Source: an uncultured Pelagibacteraceae bacterium (lineage in GTDB: Bacteria; Pseudomonadota; Alphaproteobacteria; Pelagibacterales; Pelagibacteraceae). Taken from it: a stretch of DNA of 64,000 nt. Position 1 is the stretch's first letter. Every line of letters begins with the position of its first letter. Both the position numbers and the translations under genes were made by a program. Shown in pieces: positions 26,327 to 38,145 of the stretch. The notes below the pieces were generated by a model that saw only the letters and a list, made by a program, of their open reading frames with translations, searched no databases and was not told where the DNA came from. The stretch covers positions 529-64,528 of the forward strand of contig CACFJT010000005.1 in the NCBI GenBank assembly GCA_902566705.1. Reading direction: 5' to 3'.

Positions 26327-29324
26327 TCAACCTCTCATTTTTCTCATCATAGAATACTGGATTGGCAACAGTGACGTTAATATTTTTATTTTCCATTGGC
26401 ACAAAAAGTTTTTTCCCCATCATATTTTTTCCACCTCTTACTACAGCAAGTGCAATTGATTTATTTAAATTTGGACTAAAATAGCTTGAGGTTACATGTC
26501 CTAGCATTTCAACTGGACTTTGATTTAACTCAGAAACTATCTGTGCTCCTTCTTCTAATACTGTATTTGGATCATCGGTTACTAAACCTACTAATTGCTT
26601 TCTATCTTCTTTCATTGTATCAGATCTATAAAGAGATCTTTTGCCTATGAAATCGTATTTCTTCTTACTAACTATCCAGTCCATTTGAAGATCTATAGGG
26701 GTCATTGTTCCATCTGTATCTTGACCGACAATTATAAAACCTTTTTCTGCTCTCAATAAGTGCATTGTTTCAGTTCCATAAGGTGTAATGTTGAACTCTT
26801 TACCTGCCTCAATGCATTTTTCCCACAAACTTTTTCCATAGCTTGCTTGAACATTTATTTCGTAGCTTTGTTCTCCTGTAAAACTAATTCTCATTATTCT
26901 ACATTCAATATTACCAATATTGATTTCTTTAAATGACATGTGTGGAAAATTTTCATCTGATAAGTCTAAATCTGGAATTATTTTTTTAAGAATTTTTTTA
27001 CTATTAGGTCCACATAAGCTTGCTGTAGCATAATGATCTGTTACAGAGGTTAAGTAAACATCAAGTTCAGGCCATTCTGTTTGAAGATAATCTTCAAGTT
27101 TGCCCAAGACATTTGCAGCACCACCAGTTGTTGTAGTCATGATATAATGATTTTCACCTAATCTAGTTGTAACTCCATCATCATAAACCATTCCATCTTC
27201 ATTAAGCATTAGGCCATATCTACATCTTCCTATAGCTAATTTTGACCATGCATTTGTATAAACTCTATTTAAAAATTCAGAAGCATCACTTCCTTGAATA
27301 TCAATTTTACCAAGAGTAGAGGCATCTAATATACCAGCACTTTCTCTAGCAGCTTTACTTTCTCTTTGTACTGCCTGATGCATAGTTTCTCCGTTAATAG
27401 GGTAGTACCATGCTCTCTTCCATTGACCGACATTTTCAAATTCAGCTTTATTTTCAACATGCCAATCATTCATTGGTGTTCTTCTAAAAATATCAAAAAA
27501 CTTTCCTACATTTCGACCCACAATAGTTCCAAATGTTAATGGTGTGTAAGGAGGTCTAAATGTAGTGGTGCCTAATTCTCCCATTTTAACACCGGCAGTA
27601 TCTGCAATTATTCCCAATGCATGCATATTTCCTAGTTTACCTTGATCAGTTCCCATTCCAGTAGTCGTGTATCTTTTTACATGCTCAATAGATCTAAAAC
27701 CTTCTCTTAATGCTAGCTTGATATCTTTAGCAGTTGCATCGTTTTGATAATCTACAAATGGTTTAGTTTTGCCTAAAGGTTTATCAGAAGGGAGTAACCA
27801 AATATTTCTTTTTGAATTTTCCTGATCAATCTCAATTTTAATATTATCTAAATCTGTTTCTTTAATATTCAAAGTATCTTTTAGCTTTTGATTTAAATTT
27901 TTAATTATTTCATCAATTTTAAAATCTCCTCCACAAGATCCTACACTTATTTGTTCAGATGAATTCTGATTTGGTAAGAAAACTTTTTTTTCTTCATCAA
28001 ATTTAAGTTTATTTCCTGATTGTGTATACAAATGTACAGCAGGTGTCCAACCACCGGCAACTCCCAAGCAATCACATGAAATAAAAATTTTATTTCCAGT
28101 CACTGAAGTACCATCATTAGATAGTTTCATGATTGAAACAGTATTTAATCTTTTATATCCAGCTGTATCAACAATTGTATGTGACCAGTAAATATTTATA
28201 CCTGCTTCTTTTACTTTTTTAACAATTTTACTTTCAGATTGCTTTCTAATATCAATTATAGCCTCTACATTGATACCTTTGTTATATAAAGATAAAGCAC
28301 TTTCGTATGCACTATCATTGTTAGTAAAAAATACATTTTTACTACCACATACAACTCCATAAAATTCGCTGTATTTTTTTATAGCAGATGAAAGCATTAT
28401 TCCTGGTCTATCATTATTATTAAATATTAAAGGTCTTTCTAATGCACCTGTGGCTAAAATAACTTTCTTAGCTCTAATTTTAAGAAGTCTTTGCCTGATT
28501 TTATTTATTTTATCTTTAGTCTCTAAATGATCAGTTAGATTTTCTCTAGCCAAAAGATAATTATATTGATGATAAGCGGCTACACTTGTTCTAGTTTTTA
28601 TTTCAAGATTTTTAATATTTTTAAGTTCTTCTATTTCTTTTTTTAACCACTCAGAAGGAGCTTTATTATCAATTTTGTTAAATTCATTATTTTCATAAAT
28701 TGTTGATCCACCAATTTCATTTTTTTCATCAACTAACAATGTTTTAAAATTATTTTTAGCTGCATTTTTTGCTGCTAATATTCCAGAAATACCTGCGCCT
28801 ACTACCAATACATCACAGTGAATATTTCGGTGGTCATAAATATCAGGGTCATTTAATGTTGGTGATTTTCCTAAACCAGCTGAGTGTCGTATGAAAAATT
28901 CATATTTCTCCCAGAAACTAGCGGGCCACATAAATGTTTTGTAATAAAAACCTGCTGGAAAAAAAGGGGAGAGAAAATTGTTTATTCCACCAATATCAAA
29001 TTCTACACTTGGCCAACAATTTTGACTGGATGCCTCTAAACCATCGTAAATTTCGACTTCTGTTGCTCTAACATTAGGTTCTGTTCTGTTTGTACCAGGG
29101 TTTATTTGAACTATAGCATTTGGTTCTTCAGAACCAGACGTCATAATTCCTCTTGGTCTATGATATTTAAAACTTCTTCCTACTAAATGAACATTATTTG
29201 CAAGCAATGCTGAGGCTAAAGTATCACCTTTAAAACCATGGTAAGTTTTGCCGTTAAATTTAAAGGAAATTCTATTAGTTTCATCAATATACTCACTAGA
29301 TTTTACCCTTAAGTTTTTAGTCAT
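26319..29324 (-). CDS. soxA: Sarcosine oxidase alpha subunit
   Basis: GDTLASALLAN, RSFKYHRPRG, KRYTTTGMGTDQGK, GcvT-like C-terminus; start at ATG 29324. Confidence 0.95.
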   Translation of the reverse strand: MTKNLRVKSSEYIDETNRISFKFNGKTYHGFKGDTLASALLANNVHLVGRSFKYHRPRGIMTSGSEEPNAIVQINPGTNRTEPNVRATEVEIYDGLEASSQNCWPSVEFDIGGINNFLSPFFPAGFYYKTFMWPASFWEKYEFFIRHSAGLGKSPTLNDPDIYDHRNIHCDVLVVGAGISGILAAKNAAKNNFKTLLVDEKNEIGGSTIYENNEFNKIDNKAPSEWLKKEIEELKNIKNLEIKTRTSVAAYHQYNYLLARENLTDHLETKDKINKIRQRLLKIRAKKVILATGALERPLIFNNNDRPGIMLSSAIKKYSEFYGVVCGSKNVFFTNNDSAYESALSLYNKGINVEAIIDIRKQSESKIVKKVKEAGINIYWSHTIVDTAGYKRLNTVSIMKLSNDGTSVTGNKIFISCDCLGVAGGWTPAVHLYTQSGNKLKFDEEKKVFLPNQNSSEQISVGSCGGDFKIDEIIKNLNQKLKDTLNIKETDLDNIKIEIDQENSKRNIWLLPSDKPLGKTKPFVDYQNDATAKDIKLALREGFRSIEHVKRYTTTGMGTDQGKLGNMHALGIIADTAGVKMGELGTTTFRPPYTPLTFGTIVGRNVGKFFDIFRRTPMNDWHVENKAEFENVGQWKRAWYYPINGETMHQAVQRESKAARESAGILDASTLGKIDIQGSDASEFLNRVYTNAWSKLAIGRCRYGLMLNEDGMVYDDGVTTRLGENHYIMTTTTGGAANVLGKLEDYLQTEWPELDVYLTSVTDHYATASLCGPNSKKILKKIIPDLDLSDENFPHMSFKEINIGNIECRIMRISFTGEQSYEINVQASYGKSLWEKCIEAGKEFNITPYGTETMHLLRAEKGFIIVGQDTDGTMTPIDLQMDWIVSKKKYDFIGKRSLYRSDTMKEDRKQLVGLVTDDPNTVLEEGAQIVSELNQSPVEMLGHVTSSYFSPNLNKSIALAVVRGGKNMMGKKLFVPMENKNINVTVANPVFYDEKNERLNA

Positions 29325-29325
29325 T

Positions 29326-29601
29326 TTATTGAGCAGGTGGTTTTTCACCCATTTTATAAATTGCTTTTATTTCATCATTAGATGTATCTCTAACCATATT
29401 AAACCATTTACGACATCCATGTGCATGGTTCCATCTTTCAAATTGCACACCTTTAATATTTTTTCTCATAAATAAATATTCTGCCCATTCATCATCACTT
29501 AATTCTGTTGGTTGCTTAGGTCTTTCGATATGAGCTTCACCACCAGCTTTAAATTCTTGCTGATCTCGTTCTCCACAGTATGGACAGTTTATTAAAAACA
29601 T
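29326..29601 (-). CDS. soxD: Sarcosine oxidase delta subunit
   Basis: CPYCGERDQQEF...HAHGCRKWF zinc motif. Confidence 0.93.
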   Translation of the reverse strand: MFLINCPYCGERDQQEFKAGGEAHIERPKQPTELSDDEWAEYLFMRKNIKGVQFERWNHAHGCRKWFNMVRDTSNDEIKAIYKMGEKPPAQ

Positions 29602-30854
29602 TAATGGGCAACCGCTGCAGCCCCATGTTCATCAACAAGGTCTCCGCTTACGAATCTATTTAAATTAAATGCAGCATTAAGTTTGTGTGGTTCATCATTT
29701 GCAATAGTATGTGCAAACAAATCTCCAGATCCAGGAGTTGCTTTAAATCCTCCAGTACCCCAACCACAATTAAAGTATAATCCTTTAATTGAAGTTTTAC
29801 TTAAAATTGGACTAGCGTCAGGACAAATATCCACTATTCCTCCCCATTGTCTTAACATTCTCATTCTACTAAAAATTGGATATAATTCTAAAATTGCATT
29901 TAATGTTCCTTCAACTATTTGATGACTTCCTTTTTGAGTGTAAGAAACATAATCATCTGTTCCAGCACCAATGACCAATTCTCCTTTATCAGATTGACTG
30001 ACATATGCATGTACTGCATTAGACATAACAACAGTATCAATAATCGGTTTTACAGGCTCAGAAACTAAAGCTTGTAAAGGTTTACTTTCAAGCGGAAGTC
30101 TTAGGCCCGCCATATTAGCTATGACGCTAGAATGACCAGCTGCAACAACACCAACTTTTTTAGTTTTAATAAATCCTTTTGTTGTTTCTACTCCCTCAAC
30201 GCTATCTCCATTTCTTTTTATTCCTTTAACTTCACAATTTTGAATTATATCAACACCCATTGCATCAGCTCCTCTAGCATATCCCCAAGCAACTGCGTCG
30301 TGTCTTGCTGTACCTGCTCTACGTTGTAAAGTTCCTCCTAAAACAGGGTATCTAATATCTTGCGATGTATTTATAATTGGACAAAACTTTTTAACTTCTT
30401 CAGTGCTCAAGTAGACTGCATCAATACCATTTAGTCTATTAGCATGTGTTCGTCTTTTTAAATCTCTAACATCTTGTAAATTATGTGCAAGGTTCATTAC
30501 ACCTCTTTGACTAAACATTACATTGTAGTTGAGTTCTTGAGATAAACCTTCCCAAATTTTTAATGCATGATCATATAATCCTGCACTGGCGTCCCATAAA
30601 TAATTTGATCTAATAATTGTAGTATTCCGTCCAGTATTTCCTCCACCAATCCAACCTTTCTCGACTACAGCAATATTATTCATATTGTGTTTTTTTGCTA
30701 AATAGTAGGCTGTTGCTAAACCATGGCCACCACCACCAACAATAACTGCATCGTACTCTTTTTTAGGAGCAGGATCTTTCCACGCTCTTTGCCAGTTTTC
30801 ATGATACGAAAGAGCATTCTTGATTAGCGAAAATACTGAGTACTTATTTCTCAT
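29601..30854 (-). CDS. soxB: Sarcosine oxidase beta subunit
   Basis: [37 protein letters not shown]. Confidence 0.95.
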   Translation of the reverse strand: MRNKYSVFSLIKNALSYHENWQRAWKDPAPKKEYDAVIVGGGGHGLATAYYLAKKHNMNNIAVVEKGWIGGGNTGRNTTIIRSNYLWDASAGLYDHALKIWEGLSQELNYNVMFSQRGVMNLAHNLQDVRDLKRRTHANRLNGIDAVYLSTEEVKKFCPIINTSQDIRYPVLGGTLQRRAGTARHDAVAWGYARGADAMGVDIIQNCEVKGIKRNGDSVEGVETTKGFIKTKKVGVVAAGHSSVIANMAGLRLPLESKPLQALVSEPVKPIIDTVVMSNAVHAYVSQSDKGELVIGAGTDDYVSYTQKGSHQIVEGTLNAILELYPIFSRMRMLRQWGGIVDICPDASPILSKTSIKGLYFNCGWGTGGFKATPGSGDLFAHTIANDEPHKLNAAFNLNRFVSGDLVDEHGAAAVAH

Positions 30855-30921
30855 AATAATTGAATAATTACTTTATATATATTGAATTTTCAATACAATC
30901 GCTTAATACACAATGTCATAC

Positions 30922-31013
30922 GGAAGAGTGGGTGAGAGGCTGAAACCAGTCGTTTGCTAAATGACCGTGCGAGGAAACTTGTACCGAGGGTTCGAATCCC
31001 TCCTCTTCCGCCA
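30922..31013 (+). tRNA. tRNA-Ser(GCT)
   Basis: Acceptor stem GGAAGAG/CTCTTCC, anticodon arm GTCGT-TT-GCT-AA-ATGAC, long variable arm, GGTTCGAATCC T-loop, encoded CCA. Confidence 0.96.
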
Positions 31014-33239
31014 TTAAAATAGAGGCTGATCTATAAAAAAGTTTTTCATGGTCACAGGACGTTGTTCCAGAATATATCTATAGACATTATAATTTTCCAT
31101 TACACGCTGAACGTAATTTCTTGTTTCTCTAAATTTTATTAATTCAACCCAATCAACATAATCAACTTGTTTTTTTTGTGGATCTTTATTTATTTTTTTC
31201 CAATATTTAACTCTATTAGGTCCAGCATTGTAAGCAGCTACAGCAAATGGGTAAGCACCATCATATTGTAGAATTAAACCCGCAATATAATGTGAACCTA
31301 AATTAATATTATATTCTGGATCAGTGGTTAATCTTGATTTTGAATAAGGAAGTTTAGCTTGTTTCGAAACTAATTTTGCAGTGTACGGCATCAATTGCAT
31401 TAATCCTTTTGCACCAGCATGACTATTAGCTTCCAAATCAAATTCACTTTCTTGTCTAATTATTGATAAGATCAAAGCACTTTCTGGAATTTTTCTTTTA
31501 TTAATATATTTAGGAGTACTAATTATTGGGTAATTATATTTATTATGAAATCTTTTTTGATAAGATGCAATTTTTGAAACTTGAATAGCAAAATCATATC
31601 TGTTTATACTTGTGGCTAATTCTGCAGCCAAAACCTCACTGCCTTTAGCTATATTGTCGTTAGCTAAATGTCTTAAAATATGTTTTGTATATTTGTCTTT
31701 CTTTAATTCGTCTAAAAGATACGAAATTTTTACAAGCTCTTTATTAAAAAATTGAATTCTATATTTTGGATCAATTTTCATATCTTTTTCTAACTCAAAT
31801 TTTCCATTTGGATTTAATTTTAAAAAAGCTAATTGACCATAATATGTGGTTAGGTATTTTGTGGCTTCTCTGTACCAATTATTTGATTGTTCTATTTCGC
31901 CTGTTTTTTCATATGCTCTTCCAAGCCAATAAGCACCTCTAGATAAGCTTATTGGATAACTAACATTTTCATAAAAATTTTTAAAATGATTTTTAGCAGT
32001 CAAAGGATCGTTTAAGAAACTTAATGCTATCCATCCACTCATCCATTCAGCAGCGGCATACTCAGATCCTTCAGTCATTCCATGATTGCTTGAAATTTTA
32101 TATGAAATTTCATATTTCTTTTTATAAAGCAATGCTCTTGAAATAATTTCTCTTTCTTTCCACCATTTATCAGGTCTAACTAGATACTCTTTATCATTTC
32201 TTATTTTCAATAAGATTTCTGTTGAAGAGTCTACACGTCCTTTTTTTCTTCTCCATTTTAATCGATCATAGTTTAACCCAGCATCGTTCTTAAATTTTTG
32301 AGGAACATTCGCTATGGCTTGGTCAACCCCATATCCTTTGCTCATTAAAAGATGTCTTGCATTATATAAAAGTTCGTAATCTTTTGGCAGATACCTTATT
32401 ATTCTTTGTAAATCCCAGCGATCTCCATTCCAAGCTAAATAATCAGCTCGTTTTATATAGTCATTTGCATTTAAATATTTTTTAAATTTTTTTCTAAAAT
32501 ATTTTAATTCGTTTTTTCTTAAATCGGCTGTTATCCAGCCTTCTTTAATTAGTTTTGTACCTTTATTTTTGTCTCCAACTAAAATGTAACTTTCTCCAAG
32601 TATCATTTTCCCATAACCACTTAATGGACCTTTTTCTCCAAACCAATTTATTATTTTTTTAGGTGAAACACTTTCTGTTGATAGTTTGTGTTCAGCAAGA
32701 TATCTAATTCTGTCTATTCTTGGATAATCTGAATTTTTATTTAAAAAAACTTGATATTCGTAAAAGGAAGCTTGGTTACCAGAGGTTAAAAGATGTCTCC
32801 ATTGTATAAAATTATAAATTGAGTTGTCTTTCGCTTTTTTTGCTATTTTAAGTGCAGATGACCATTTACTTTTCTGCATTTCTGAAATGGCTTTTTTAGC
32901 CAACCCGAAGTCTCTTTTACTATAATATTTTGAAATCTTTATATTCATTGCTGAGCCAATGCCGGCTACAGTTGGCTTTTTCTTTGGTAATTTAAAACTT
33001 AATTTTTTTTCTTTTAAAACTAACTCTTTTTTAACAATTACTTCTTTGATTTTAACTTCTTTAGTTTTTGAGGGTTTCTTTAAAGGTTTAAGGATATTTA
33101 TAGATATTTTCTTTTGAATTTCTTCTTTACTTAAAACAGGTTTTTTTAAGGGTACAATTGATTTGATTTCAGCAAAAAGATTATTTGAAAACATTAATAT
33201 TGATACAGTAAAACATAAAAATAATATTTTTTTGAACAT
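31014..33239 (-). CDS. slt: Soluble lytic murein transglycosylase
   Basis: IIRQESEF, GAKGLMQLMP, AAYNAGP, ETRNYVQRV. Confidence 0.92.
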   Translation of the reverse strand: MFKKILFLCFTVSILMFSNNLFAEIKSIVPLKKPVLSKEEIQKKISINILKPLKKPSKTKEVKIKEVIVKKELVLKEKKLSFKLPKKKPTVAGIGSAMNIKISKYYSKRDFGLAKKAISEMQKSKWSSALKIAKKAKDNSIYNFIQWRHLLTSGNQASFYEYQVFLNKNSDYPRIDRIRYLAEHKLSTESVSPKKIINWFGEKGPLSGYGKMILGESYILVGDKNKGTKLIKEGWITADLRKNELKYFRKKFKKYLNANDYIKRADYLAWNGDRWDLQRIIRYLPKDYELLYNARHLLMSKGYGVDQAIANVPQKFKNDAGLNYDRLKWRRKKGRVDSSTEILLKIRNDKEYLVRPDKWWKEREIISRALLYKKKYEISYKISSNHGMTEGSEYAAAEWMSGWIALSFLNDPLTAKNHFKNFYENVSYPISLSRGAYWLGRAYEKTGEIEQSNNWYREATKYLTTYYGQLAFLKLNPNGKFELEKDMKIDPKYRIQFFNKELVKISYLLDELKKDKYTKHILRHLANDNIAKGSEVLAAELATSINRYDFAIQVSKIASYQKRFHNKYNYPIISTPKYINKRKIPESALILSIIRQESEFDLEANSHAGAKGLMQLMPYTAKLVSKQAKLPYSKSRLTTDPEYNINLGSHYIAGLILQYDGAYPFAVAAYNAGPNRVKYWKKINKDPQKKQVDYVDWVELIKFRETRNYVQRVMENYNVYRYILEQRPVTMKNFFIDQPLF

Positions 33240-33282
33240 AATCTTTTAGTATATGAATCTTTAAACTATGTTATAAGTATTT

Positions 33283-34164
33283 ATGTTCAAAGGATCAAAT
33301 GTTGCTTTAATTACACCATTTAAAAATAATGGTTTAGACGAGGAAGCATATGTAAAATTAATCCATTTCCATATTGATAATGGTACCAATGGACTTGTTC
33401 CAGCGGGCACAACAGGTGAATCTCCCACCTTAAGTCATGATGAGCACCAAAGAGTAATAGATTTGTGTATAAAAGAAAGTAATGGAAAAATTCCAGTAAT
33501 TGCTGGAACTGGGTCAAACTCAACAGAAGAGGCAATTTCTTTAACTACACACGCAGAAAAAGCAGGTGCCAATGGAGCTTTGATAGTTACACCTTATTAT
33601 AATAAACCAACTCAGGAGGGTTTGTATCAACATTATAAAGCAATTAATGATAAGTGTGGCATTCCACTTATAATTTATAATATTCCTGGAAGATCTGTGA
33701 TTGATATGTCAGTGGACACCATGGCTAGGTTGTTTGAATTAAAAAATATAGTTGGTGTAAAAGATGCAACAGGTGATTTAGATAGAGTTAATCAGACACT
33801 TGAAAAAATGGGTAAAGATTTTATTCAATTAACAGGTAATGATGATAATGCTTTTGAATTTAATAAACGCGGTGGGGTAGGAACTATTAGCGTAACAGCT
33901 AATATTGCACCTAAACTTTGTTCAGATTTTCAAAAATTCTCAAAATCAGACTCCGATAACGAAATGAAAGAAGCAGAAAGATTAGATAAAATATTACAAC
34001 CAGTGCATCACTCAATGTTTGTTGAAAGCAATCCTAGTCCTGTAAAATATGCTGCAAAACTTTTAGGACTTTGTGACGACAACGTAAGACTACCACTCGT
34101 AAAAGTAACAGACACAACAAAAGAAATTGTAAAAAAAGCTCTTCAGTCTGCTAAGTTAATTTAA
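33283..34164 (+). CDS. dapA: 4-hydroxy-tetrahydrodipicolinate synthase
   Basis: GTTGES, PYYNKP, YNIPGR, GVKDATG. Confidence 0.96.
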   Translation: MFKGSNVALITPFKNNGLDEEAYVKLIHFHIDNGTNGLVPAGTTGESPTLSHDEHQRVIDLCIKESNGKIPVIAGTGSNSTEEAISLTTHAEKAGANGALIVTPYYNKPTQEGLYQHYKAINDKCGIPLIIYNIPGRSVIDMSVDTMARLFELKNIVGVKDATGDLDRVNQTLEKMGKDFIQLTGNDDNAFEFNKRGGVGTISVTANIAPKLCSDFQKFSKSDSDNEMKEAERLDKILQPVHHSMFVESNPSPVKYAAKLLGLCDDNVRLPLVKVTDTTKEIVKKALQSAKLI

Positions 34165-34634
34165 TGAACAAAAAAACCAATCCTGGTTTGAAAATCATTT
34201 GTTTAAACAGAAAAGCTAGTTTTAACTATTTTTTCGAAGATCTTTTTGAAGCTGGAATTGTTTTAAAGGGATCAGAAATTAAATCAGTAAGAGAGGGCAA
34301 GGTGAATATCGCAGAGTCCTATGCTGTTGAAAAAGGGGGTGAAATTGTTTTAATTAATTCACATATATCTCCATACCAGCAAGCCAGTTACTCTAATCAT
34401 AATCCAACTGATGATAGAAAATTGCTTCTTAATAAAAAAGAAATAAATAAATTAATAGGTAAAATGCAAAGAGATGGTTTCACATTAGTTCCAACAAAAA
34501 TGTATTTTAAAAAAGGAAAGGCTAAAATAGAACTAGCTGTTGCAAAAGGGAAAAAGCAATATGATAAAAGAGCAACAAAAAAAAGTAGAGATTGGAACCG
34601 TGAAAAAGCAAGATATATTAGAAAATCAAGCTAA
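34164..34634 (+). CDS. smpB: SsrA-binding protein
   Basis: [30 protein letters not shown]. Confidence 0.96.
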   Translation: MNKKTNPGLKIICLNRKASFNYFFEDLFEAGIVLKGSEIKSVREGKVNIAESYAVEKGGEIVLINSHISPYQQASYSNHNPTDDRKLLLNKKEINKLIGKMQRDGFTLVPTKMYFKKGKAKIELAVAKGKKQYDKRATKKSRDWNREKARYIRKSS

Positions 34635-35118
34635 AATTGTTTTTTTAGGAATAGGTTCAAATTTAGGTGTAAGAAAAAGGAATATAGAAAAAGCAAAATT
34701 TTTATTAGGAGAACATAACTTAGATGTTCTCTCGGTGTCTAGTTATTATGAAACCCCTTCCTGGCCTGACCCCCAAAAACCTAAGTTCTTAAATATAATT
34801 TTAAAATTAAAATGTAATTACAGTCCTCAAGAACTTTTAAAAATATGCAAAACTGTTGAAACTCAATTAGGTAGAAAAAAAGCAAAAAAAAATGCTCCTC
34901 GCACATGTGACTTAGACATTATAGATTTCAATAAATTGGTATCAAAAAAAAATGCTAAAATTAATTTGCCTCACAAAAGAATGCACAAAAGAAGCTTTGT
35001 ATTATTTCCATTATTTGAAATCCAAAAGAATTGGATCCATCCTGATAAACAAATCGATGTTAAAACCTTGATTTCTCTACTTCCTGATAGAGACATTAGA
35101 TCTATTAAACAAATTTGA
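34600..35118 (+). CDS. folK: 6-hydroxymethyl-7,8-dihydropterin pyrophosphokinase
   Basis: [36 protein letters not shown]; start uncertain (GTG 34600 chosen), overlaps smpB. Confidence 0.9.
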   Translation: MKKQDILENQAKIVFLGIGSNLGVRKRNIEKAKFLLGEHNLDVLSVSSYYETPSWPDPQKPKFLNIILKLKCNYSPQELLKICKTVETQLGRKKAKKNAPRTCDLDIIDFNKLVSKKNAKINLPHKRMHKRSFVLFPLFEIQKNWIHPDKQIDVKTLISLLPDRDIRSIKQI

Positions 35119-35139
35119 TTTAGTGATATAATATTAATT

Positions 35140-36885
35140 ATGCTTAATTCAAATGAACTTATAAATAAAGTTAAGAATTATAATAAATTCCTAAATCCAG
35201 AGAGATTGGATAAAGCATATAATTTTGCTGTAAATGCACATAAGAGTCAAAAAAGAGCTTCGGGTGATCCTTATTCAGTTCACCCAATTGAGGTTGCAAA
35301 TATTTTAACTGAATTAAAATTAGATAGTGCTACGATTACAACAGGCCTATTGCATGACACTATAGAAGATACTTTTGCAACTTATGAAACTATCAAACAA
35401 GAATTTGGGGATGAGGTTGCAGATTTAGTTGATGGTGTTACAAAAATTTCAGCATTTGAAAATTCAGCTGGAGCAAATTCTAAAGTAGAAAATTTTAGAA
35501 AATTAATTTTAGCAACATCTAAAGATATTAGGGTTCTGTTAGTTAAAATTGCTGATCGACTACATAATATGAGAACTATTAAAGCTATTACGAAGGAAGA
35601 CAAAAGAAAGAGGATAGCTCAAGAAACCATGGAAATTTATGCTCCATTAGCAGATAGAATGGGAATGCACAGAATAAGAGATGAACTTGAAGATTTGTCT
35701 TTTGAAATTTTAAATAACGATGCAAGAAAACTAATTAAAAAAAGACTTGATGAAATAAAGTTAGATAAAAAAGATTTATTTGAAGAACAATCGTATGAAT
35801 TAAGTGAAATTTTGAATGATAATGAAATCAATGCAGAGATTCATGGTAGAGAAAAAACACCTTTTTCAATTTGGAGAAAAGTACAAAAAAAAAGAGTTTC
35901 ACTTGAACAAATAACAGACATTATTGGATTTAGAATAATTTTGAACAACGAAGACGATTGTTACAAAACTCTCGGTATTTTTCACAAAAAATGGAATTGT
36001 ATACCAGGTAAATTTAAAGATTACATTTCTTCTCCAAAAATTAATGGTTACAAATCTATTCATACTTCTGTAATTGGTTCCAATAAAAAACCAATAGAAA
36101 TTCAAATTAGAACCCACAAAATGCATGAATTTGCAGAAAGAGGTATTGCATCTCATTGGCAGTATAAATCTTCTGAAAAATTTAATTCTTTAAGCTGGAA
36201 GGAGTATGATTGGTTAAAAGATCTTGTTGAAATTATAGAAAAAAATGAAAATCCTGAAGATTCATATGAATATACCAAACTGCAAATGTTTCAAGAAAAT
36301 GTATTTTGTTTTACGCCTAAAGGTTCAGTAATAAAATTACCTAAAGATGCAACAGCTATCGATTTTGCATATGCTGTTCATACTAAAATTGGTAATTCAG
36401 CAGTTGGTTGTGAAATTAATGGAAACAAAAATGAGTTACAAACTATTTTAAGAAATGGTGATCGTGTAAATATTATAACATCTAAAAACAACTCTCCCTC
36501 ACTTCACTGGATACCAACAACTAAAACAGGTAAAGCAAGAGCTGCTATAAGAAGATATTGGCATGATAAAGGAGAGCAAAAAGAAGAAAAAACAAAAAAA
36601 TATAATACTACATTATGGATGTCATTACCTGATAAGCCTGGACAATTAGGAGATATAAGCTCACTCATTGGAAGTCATAAATTAAATATATCTAGTTTAG
36701 AAATGGTTGGTAAAAATCCCAATTATATAAATTTTAAATTTAAATTAATCATTAGAAATCTCAAGAATTTTACTAATTTTATTGCAGAGCTAAAGCAAAA
36801 GAGTATAAAATTTAAGATAATCAGACACGAAGAAAAAAGAAATGCTTTCACACAAAAAATCCTTAAATATTTTAAAAAAAACTAA
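35140..36885 (+). CDS. spoT: Bifunctional (p)ppGpp synthetase/hydrolase (RelA/SpoT homolog)
   Basis: HD domain LLHDTIED, KIADRLHNMRT, YKSIHT, EIQIRT, TGS FAYAVHT, C-terminal ACT. Confidence 0.92.
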   Translation: MLNSNELINKVKNYNKFLNPERLDKAYNFAVNAHKSQKRASGDPYSVHPIEVANILTELKLDSATITTGLLHDTIEDTFATYETIKQEFGDEVADLVDGVTKISAFENSAGANSKVENFRKLILATSKDIRVLLVKIADRLHNMRTIKAITKEDKRKRIAQETMEIYAPLADRMGMHRIRDELEDLSFEILNNDARKLIKKRLDEIKLDKKDLFEEQSYELSEILNDNEINAEIHGREKTPFSIWRKVQKKRVSLEQITDIIGFRIILNNEDDCYKTLGIFHKKWNCIPGKFKDYISSPKINGYKSIHTSVIGSNKKPIEIQIRTHKMHEFAERGIASHWQYKSSEKFNSLSWKEYDWLKDLVEIIEKNENPEDSYEYTKLQMFQENVFCFTPKGSVIKLPKDATAIDFAYAVHTKIGNSAVGCEINGNKNELQTILRNGDRVNIITSKNNSPSLHWIPTTKTGKARAAIRRYWHDKGEQKEEKTKKYNTTLWMSLPDKPGQLGDISSLIGSHKLNISSLEMVGKNPNYINFKFKLIIRNLKNFTNFIAELKQKSIKFKIIRHEEKRNAFTQKILKYFKKN

Positions 36886-37429
36886 TGCATTATTAGAAGG
36901 TCATTTTGTTTTATCTTCAGGTCTACATTCTTCAAAATATATACAATGTGCAAAACTTTTAAGTTTTCCAAATTTAGCTGATAAAATTTGCAAGTCTCTA
37001 GCAAATAAAATTAGAAAAAAATTTAAAAAAATTGATTTAATATTAGCTCCTGCAATGGGAGGAGTAATTATTGGTTATGAAATAGGAAAATTGCTCAAAA
37101 AAGAAACAATTTTTTGTGAAAGGGTAAATGGCAAATTTACTCTCAGAAGAGGTTTTAATATTAAAAAAGGTTCAAAAGTATTAATTATAGAGGATGTAAT
37201 CACTACAGGAAAATCAAGTATAGAATGTGTTAAATTGATTAAAAAATCAAAAGCAAAATTAATTGGATTTGCATCTATAATTGATCGATCAACTAAACAA
37301 TCTTTAAAAATTAAATCTGTAATAACATCTCATTTAAAAATTGATGTTCCAACTTATAAAGCAAATAAATTACCACCAGAACTTAAATCTATACCAATAA
37401 CAACCCCAGGAAGCAGATTTATTAAGTGA
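36842..37429 (+). CDS. pyrE: Orotate phosphoribosyltransferase
   Basis: GHFVLSSGLHS, IIEDVITTGKS. Confidence 0.93.
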   Translation: MLSHKKSLNILKKTNALLEGHFVLSSGLHSSKYIQCAKLLSFPNLADKICKSLANKIRKKFKKIDLILAPAMGGVIIGYEIGKLLKKETIFCERVNGKFTLRRGFNIKKGSKVLIIEDVITTGKSSIECVKLIKKSKAKLIGFASIIDRSTKQSLKIKSVITSHLKIDVPTYKANKLPPELKSIPITTPGSRFIK

Positions 37430-38145
37430 AAAGGTTAGGTGTAAATATAGATCATATTGCAACTTTACGAAACGCTCGTGGAGAGAAACATCCAGATCCA
37501 TTATACGCAGCTAAAAAAGTTATTAGTTATGGAGCTGATTCTGTAACAATTCATTTAAGAGAAGATAGAAGACATATAAATGATATTGATGCAAAAAAAA
37601 TATGTAGTTTAAAAAATGTGCTTGTAAACCTTGAGATTTCTATGAACAAAGAAATTGTCAATAAAGCAATTAAGATAAAACCAAATTTTATTTGTATAGT
37701 ACCAGAAAATAGAAAAGAAATTACTACTGAGGGAGGTTTGAATATAAAAAACAATCTTAATAAATTAGAGAAAATAATTAAAAAATTTAAAAAAGCAAAG
37801 ATAAGAACAAGTTTATTCATTAACCCTTCTTCAAATGACATTAAACTTGCTAAAAAACTAAATACTGATTGTATTGAAATACATACTGGAAAACTAGCAA
37901 ACCTAGTTAAATCAAAAAAAAATTACTCAAGAGAATTAAACAGAATTAAAAAAAGTGCAAAATTAGCATCAAGTTTAAATATAGAAGTTCATGCTGGTCA
38001 TGGTCTAGACTATAAAACTACCAAAATGCTAAAAAAAATAATATATATTGAGGAGTACAACATTGGACATTTTATAATTGGGGAGTCAGTATTTGATGGA
38101 CTTTCAAAAGTAATTAAAAACTTAAAAAAAATTATAAAAAAATAA
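37426..38145 (+). CDS. pdxJ: Pyridoxine 5'-phosphate synthase
   Basis: LGVNIDHIATLRNAR, HLREDRRHI, HAGHGL. Confidence 0.96.
   Translation: MKRLGVNIDHIATLRNARGEKHPDPLYAAKKVISYGADSVTIHLREDRRHINDIDAKKICSLKNVLVNLEISMNKEIVNKAIKIKPNFICIVPENRKEITTEGGLNIKNNLNKLEKIIKKFKKAKIRTSLFINPSSNDIKLAKKLNTDCIEIHTGKLANLVKSKKNYSRELNRIKKSAKLASSLNIEVHAGHGLDYKTTKMLKKIIYIEEYNIGHFIIGESVFDGLSKVIKNLKKIIKK

Noticed and set aside
30922-31013. tRNA-Ser as the island integration site
   Set aside because: Flanked by soxB and slt; no duplicated 3' end seen; about 5 kb away from the island
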